Positions 60,511-64,000 of a DNA stretch of 64,000 bases are shown here, piece after piece; position 1 is the stretch's first letter, and the number at the start of each line of letters is the position of its first letter. Source of the stretch: an uncultured delta proteobacterium. Lineage in GTDB: Bacteria; Myxococcota; Myxococcia; Myxococcales; Myxococcaceae. The stretch spans positions 96,001 to 160,000 of the forward strand of contig CAVQKE010000001.1 of the NCBI GenBank assembly GCA_963713045.1, given 5' to 3'. The notes under the pieces were generated by a model, which was not told where the DNA came from, made no database searches, and saw only the letters and a list, made by a program, of their open reading frames with translations. Position numbers and translations under genes: made by a program.

Positions 60511-61317
60511 GTGGTGATTGACTCCCACTGCCACCTGGACGTCCAGCGCTTCGACGCCGACCGGGCAGCCGTGCTGCAGCGGGCCTGGGAGGCTGGTCTG
60601 CGAGGCTTGGTGGTACCGGCGATTGGCCCCTCCGCCTGGGAGGAACTGCTGCAGTGGCCGGGGCGCGACGCCCGCCTTCAGGTGGCCTTGGGCATCCACC
60701 CCCAGCTGTTGGCCGAGCTTCCCGAGGCCGCCGACGACGTTCACCTCGAGGTGTTGGACGGGCTTCTGTCGCGGGGCATCGCCTGCGCGGTGGGTGAGTG
60801 CGGCCTCGATGGGCCGACGCTGGAGCGGGTGTCGCTGCCCCGCCAGCTGCGAGTCTTGGACGGCCACCTCCGTCTGGCCCACAAGCACCACCTGCCCCTG
60901 TTGCTTCACTGTCAGCGGGCTCACCCCGCGCTCGAGGCATGGCTCGAACGCGTCCGGCTGCCCGAGGCCGGGGCGGTGCTGCACAGCTACAGCGGTGGCG
61001 CCGAGCGCGTCGGCACCTACCAAGCCCGCGGCTGCTGGTTCAGCTTCGCCGGCCCTGTCACCTGGCCCGAGGCCCGACGGCCGGTGGAGGCGCTCCGGGC
61101 GGTCCCGGCGCAGCGTCTTTTGGCTGAGACCGATGCACCGGACCAAACACCCGAGCCGTACCGCGGGCAGCGCTCGGAGCCGGCCTTTCTCCAGCAGGTG
61201 GTAGCGGCCATGGCCAGCCACCGCGGGGTGCCGCCAGCCGAGCTGGCCGGCCAGCTGGCGGACAATGCCCGACGCTTCTTTGCCCGGCACTTCGCGCCGC
61301 GCCCGGCACTCCGCTAA
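60511..61317 (+). CDS. tatD: TatD family hydrolase
   Basis: IDSHCHLD, GIHP, VGECGLD, LHC, LHSYSG, ETDAPD. Confidence 0.93.
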   Translation: MVIDSHCHLDVQRFDADRAAVLQRAWEAGLRGLVVPAIGPSAWEELLQWPGRDARLQVALGIHPQLLAELPEAADDVHLEVLDGLLSRGIACAVGECGLDGPTLERVSLPRQLRVLDGHLRLAHKHHLPLLLHCQRAHPALEAWLERVRLPEAGAVLHSYSGGAERVGTYQARGCWFSFAGPVTWPEARRPVEALRAVPAQRLLAETDAPDQTPEPYRGQRSEPAFLQQVVAAMASHRGVPPAELAGQLADNARRFFARHFAPRPALR

Positions 61318-61329
61318 AGAAGGGCCGCC

Positions 61330-62190
61330 ATGTCCTTGCAACCTGTGTCCACACCCCCCGCGGACGTCCCGGTGCCGGCAGAGCCCGGCCGCTCCTTCCG
61401 CCTCTCGCGGCGCTTTGACCGAACGGGACGACTCCTCGGAGACGCCGGGATGGAGCGGCTGGCCCGCGCGCGGGTGGTGGTGTTTGGCTTGGGCGGGGTG
61501 GGCAGCTACGCGGTGGAGGGCCTGGCGCGCAGCGGCGTCGGCCAGCTGACGTTGGTGGACTTTGACGAGGTGTGCGTCACCAACCTTAACCGCCAGCTGC
61601 ATGCGACGGTGCGGACTGTGGGCAAGCCCAAAGCGGAGTTGATGGCGCAGCGCTGCCGAGAGGTGAATCCGGACATCTCGGTGCAGGCGGTGCGTGCGTT
61701 TTACCGGGCCGACCTCTCGGAGACACTGCTCGGCCCAGGCTGGGACTACGTGGTGGACGCCATCGACAATGTGAAGGCCAAGCTGCACCTGTTGCACCGG
61801 GCCGTCAGCCTCGGGCTTCCGGTGGTGAGCAGCATGGGGGCGGCAGGAAGGCTCGACCCCACCGCCATTCGGGTGGAGGACTTGTGTGAGACGCACATGG
61901 ACCCCTTCGCCAAGGATGTGCGGAAGCTGCTGAAGCGCAAGTACGGGGTGGATACTGAGCGGCCGACTGGGATTACGGCCGTCTACAGCACGGAAGCGTC
62001 CCGGACGCCGTTGCCGCTCACCTATGACGCCCGCACGCATGGATTCCTGTGCGTCTGCCCGTCCCGTGAAAACGACTTCCACACCTGCGACCACCGGACG
62101 GTGGTGAATGGAAGCGCCGTCTTTGTGACGTCGGTCTTCGGGATGGCGATGGCGGGGGTGGTGGTGCGCCGCATCGCCCAGGGGCGCTAG
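61330..62190 (+). CDS. tcdA: tRNA threonylcarbamoyladenosine dehydratase (ThiF family)
   Basis: GLGGVGS..VE.LARSGVG, TNLNRQ, VVDAID, SSMGAAGRLDP, DPFAK.VRK, VYSTE. Confidence 0.9.
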   Translation: MSLQPVSTPPADVPVPAEPGRSFRLSRRFDRTGRLLGDAGMERLARARVVVFGLGGVGSYAVEGLARSGVGQLTLVDFDEVCVTNLNRQLHATVRTVGKPKAELMAQRCREVNPDISVQAVRAFYRADLSETLLGPGWDYVVDAIDNVKAKLHLLHRAVSLGLPVVSSMGAAGRLDPTAIRVEDLCETHMDPFAKDVRKLLKRKYGVDTERPTGITAVYSTEASRTPLPLTYDARTHGFLCVCPSRENDFHTCDHRTVVNGSAVFVTSVFGMAMAGVVVRRIAQGR

Positions 62191-62206
62191 GCGCCGACGG
62201 AGGCCC

Positions 62207-63217
62207 TCAGGCCGCGCTGGCGGTCAGTTGCTCGGGGGCAGCGGGCCGTGTGGCTTGGGCTTCCAGGGCGGCGAAGGTGATGTGCTGGCGGCCGCAGGCG
62301 CGCCGGAAAGCGCACCTGGCGCACTCGGTGAGGTCCTCGGTCTTTGCAAACTCGGCCGCATCGGCCGGGACGTTTTGCGCGGCGTTCAGCAGCAAGGCCT
62401 GCATGGAACGCACGCTCTCCTCGAAGAGGACGCGGTAGCGCTCGAGGGTGTTTTGGTCGACGCGGACCTCCACCTCTTCCCCTTGGTTGACGAAGACCAG
62501 GAGGCAACGCACCGACTCAGGCGGCACCCGGTAGCGGTGGGCCAGGTAGAGGGCGTAGCCCACCACCTGGTCCTCGTACCCTTCGCGCATTTTCCCCGTC
62601 TTCCAGTCGACCACCGTGATGCGCCCCTCGTCGTCGCGAAAGACAAAGTCGGGAATGGCGAACACCCGCACGCCCTGCAAGTCGAAGTTGCTCTTCTGTG
62701 CGCCCTCGTCCACTTCGAGCCACTGGTCGGCCCGGAGGGCGCGGGCGCGCTCAACCCACGCCGAGGCGAGAAACCAGCGCAAGCCCTGCTCCACCGTCTG
62801 CCAGTTTCGCTTCCATTCCTCGGCCGGCACCGGCTCGTCGTACTCGTGCTCCACCAGGCCAGTGAAGTCCGGCCGCCGCTTGCCCTCCTCCCAATAGGAC
62901 TTGCCGCGCGAATAGACCCAGTCCCGCTGCATTTGCTGGTGCGCGCGCCGCAGCACCGCTTCGCCGTCCACCGCTCGCTCAGCCTGAATGTTGCGCAGCA
63001 CATCTCGGATGTGCGCATGCACCACGTTGCCGGCCCAGTTGAAACGGTTGGCCAGCCGCTTCAGGGTGAAAAGCTGGCGCGCTTCCTCGGACGCACCATT
63101 TTCCCAACCACCCCAGCTACCGTAGTAGTGGAGGAAGTAAGCGCGGCGGCAGCCGGAAAACTTCTCGTGCCGGCTCTTCGACCAGCTGAAGTCGTTGGTG
63201 ATGACGTTGTGAGGCAT
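62207..63217 (-). CDS. PD-(D/E)XK nuclease (RecB/AddB-like) with putative Fe-S ligands
   Basis: FSWSKSR...C, GNVVH, IPDF, VVDWKTGK, Q..GY, C-terminal CARCAFRRAC. Confidence 0.85.
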   Translation of the reverse strand: MPHNVITNDFSWSKSRHEKFSGCRRAYFLHYYGSWGGWENGASEEARQLFTLKRLANRFNWAGNVVHAHIRDVLRNIQAERAVDGEAVLRRAHQQMQRDWVYSRGKSYWEEGKRRPDFTGLVEHEYDEPVPAEEWKRNWQTVEQGLRWFLASAWVERARALRADQWLEVDEGAQKSNFDLQGVRVFAIPDFVFRDDEGRITVVDWKTGKMREGYEDQVVGYALYLAHRYRVPPESVRCLLVFVNQGEEVEVRVDQNTLERYRVLFEESVRSMQALLLNAAQNVPADAAEFAKTEDLTECARCAFRRACGRQHITFAALEAQATRPAAPEQLTASAA

Positions 63218-63280
63218 GGGCGTACGTGTGAGGCACTCTAGCCGCTGCCTCTGTCAGCCAGGGAGGTAGGGTGGCGGCCC

Positions 63281-64000
63281 GTGGCACTTGTCCCGCGCAC
63301 CCGACAGACGGCCGTCGGGCCCAGACCGCCGGTGGTGGACGCTGACGCGGCACTCCGGCACGCGCTGCTCGCTTGGTACGACGCCCAGGCACGGGACCTT
63401 CCGTGGCGTCGAAGCCGTGACGCGTATGCCATTTGGGTGAGTGAAGTCATGCTGCAGCAGACGCAGGTGGCCGTTGTCCTGCGCTACTGGGCCCCCTTTC
63501 TGGCACGCTTCCCGACCCTCGAAAGCCTGGCCAGCGCTCCTTTGGGCGCGGTGCTCGGCGCCTGGCGTGGCCTCGGCTACTACGCCCGGGCGCGCAGCCT
63601 GCACCGCGCAGCACAGGCGGTGGTGGAGCGCCATGGGGGCGTCCTGCCGGCCTCGGCCAGCGCGCTGGCCGAGCTTCCGGGCTTCGGCCGCTACACGGTG
63701 GGCGCCGTGGCCAGCATTGCCTTCGGCTTGCCGCAGCCGGTGGTGGACGGCAACGTGGCCCGGGTGCTGTCGCGCCTCTTCGCAGAGCACGGTGCGCCCG
63801 GAGCACCCGAACGGGAGAGACGCCTTTGGGCGCTGGCCCGTCGGCTGCTCTGCGCCCAGCGGCCGGGCGACTGGAACCAGGCGGTGATGGAGCTGGGGGC
63901 CTCGGTGTGCCGCCCCAGCAACCCCAGCTGCCTTCTGTGCCCGGTCCGGCAACACTGCAAGGCGCTGGCCCGTGGCGAGGTGGACGTCCTGCCCCGACGG
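63281..64000 (+). CDS. mutY: A/G-specific adenine glycosylase, truncated by window end
   Basis: WYD...RDLPWR, WVSEVMLQQTQV, WRGLGYYARAR, LPGFGRYT, VDGNVARVLSR, NQAVMELGA.VC.P..P.C..CP...C; start approximate. Confidence 0.93.
   Translation, partial: MALVPRTRQTAVGPRPPVVDADAALRHALLAWYDAQARDLPWRRSRDAYAIWVSEVMLQQTQVAVVLRYWAPFLARFPTLESLASAPLGAVLGAWRGLGYYARARSLHRAAQAVVERHGGVLPASASALAELPGFGRYTVGAVASIAFGLPQPVVDGNVARVLSRLFAEHGAPGAPERERRLWALARRLLCAQRPGDWNQAVMELGASVCRPSNPSCLLCPVRQHCKALARGEVDVLPRR

Noticed and set aside
60349..62094. 581-aa minus-strand ORF
   Set aside because: Antisense to tatD and tcdA, which have clear motifs
62207..63217. cas4 / CRISPR locus
   Set aside because: No repeat-spacer array or other cas genes seen anywhere in the window

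Overview
High-GC bacterial chromosome segment, most likely Myxococcota (MYXO-CTERM-type tail, FHA-DUF4388 protein, RpoH-like alternative sigma factor, PilT). The right third (43-64 kb) is housekeeping: rdgB, rph, amidase, a selenocysteine-containing selD with an in-frame UGA and a SECIS-like hairpin, bamD, pilT, rpsI-rplM, RlmI-like methyltransferase, maf, DHH, tatD, tcdA, a PD-(D/E)XK nuclease and partial mutY. The left two-thirds look like a co-oriented tRNA cluster (Pro-TGG, Arg-TCT, His-GTG, Arg-TCG, all minus strand, none encoding CCA) separated by 10-13 kb accessory blocks. These blocks hold: a Mo-hydroxylase pair and an AT-hook/HTH small protein; a frameshift-rich block with glycogen debranching enzyme, MIP channel, GlcG, a lipoprotein and a BrnTA toxin-antitoxin, ending at a likely integrase scar beside tRNA-His; a sigma54/RpoH general-stress cluster; a phosphoesterase; and sdhCAB. 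The best candidate for an undescribed system is a three-gene operon at 30.5-32.8 kb: YceI, a monoheme cytochrome-beta-barrel fusion with a Cyc2-like N-terminus, and a MYXO-CTERM-anchored monoheme protein. No CRISPR array, rRNA or intact transposase/integrase was seen. All family calls come from motif recognition by eye, not from database searches.
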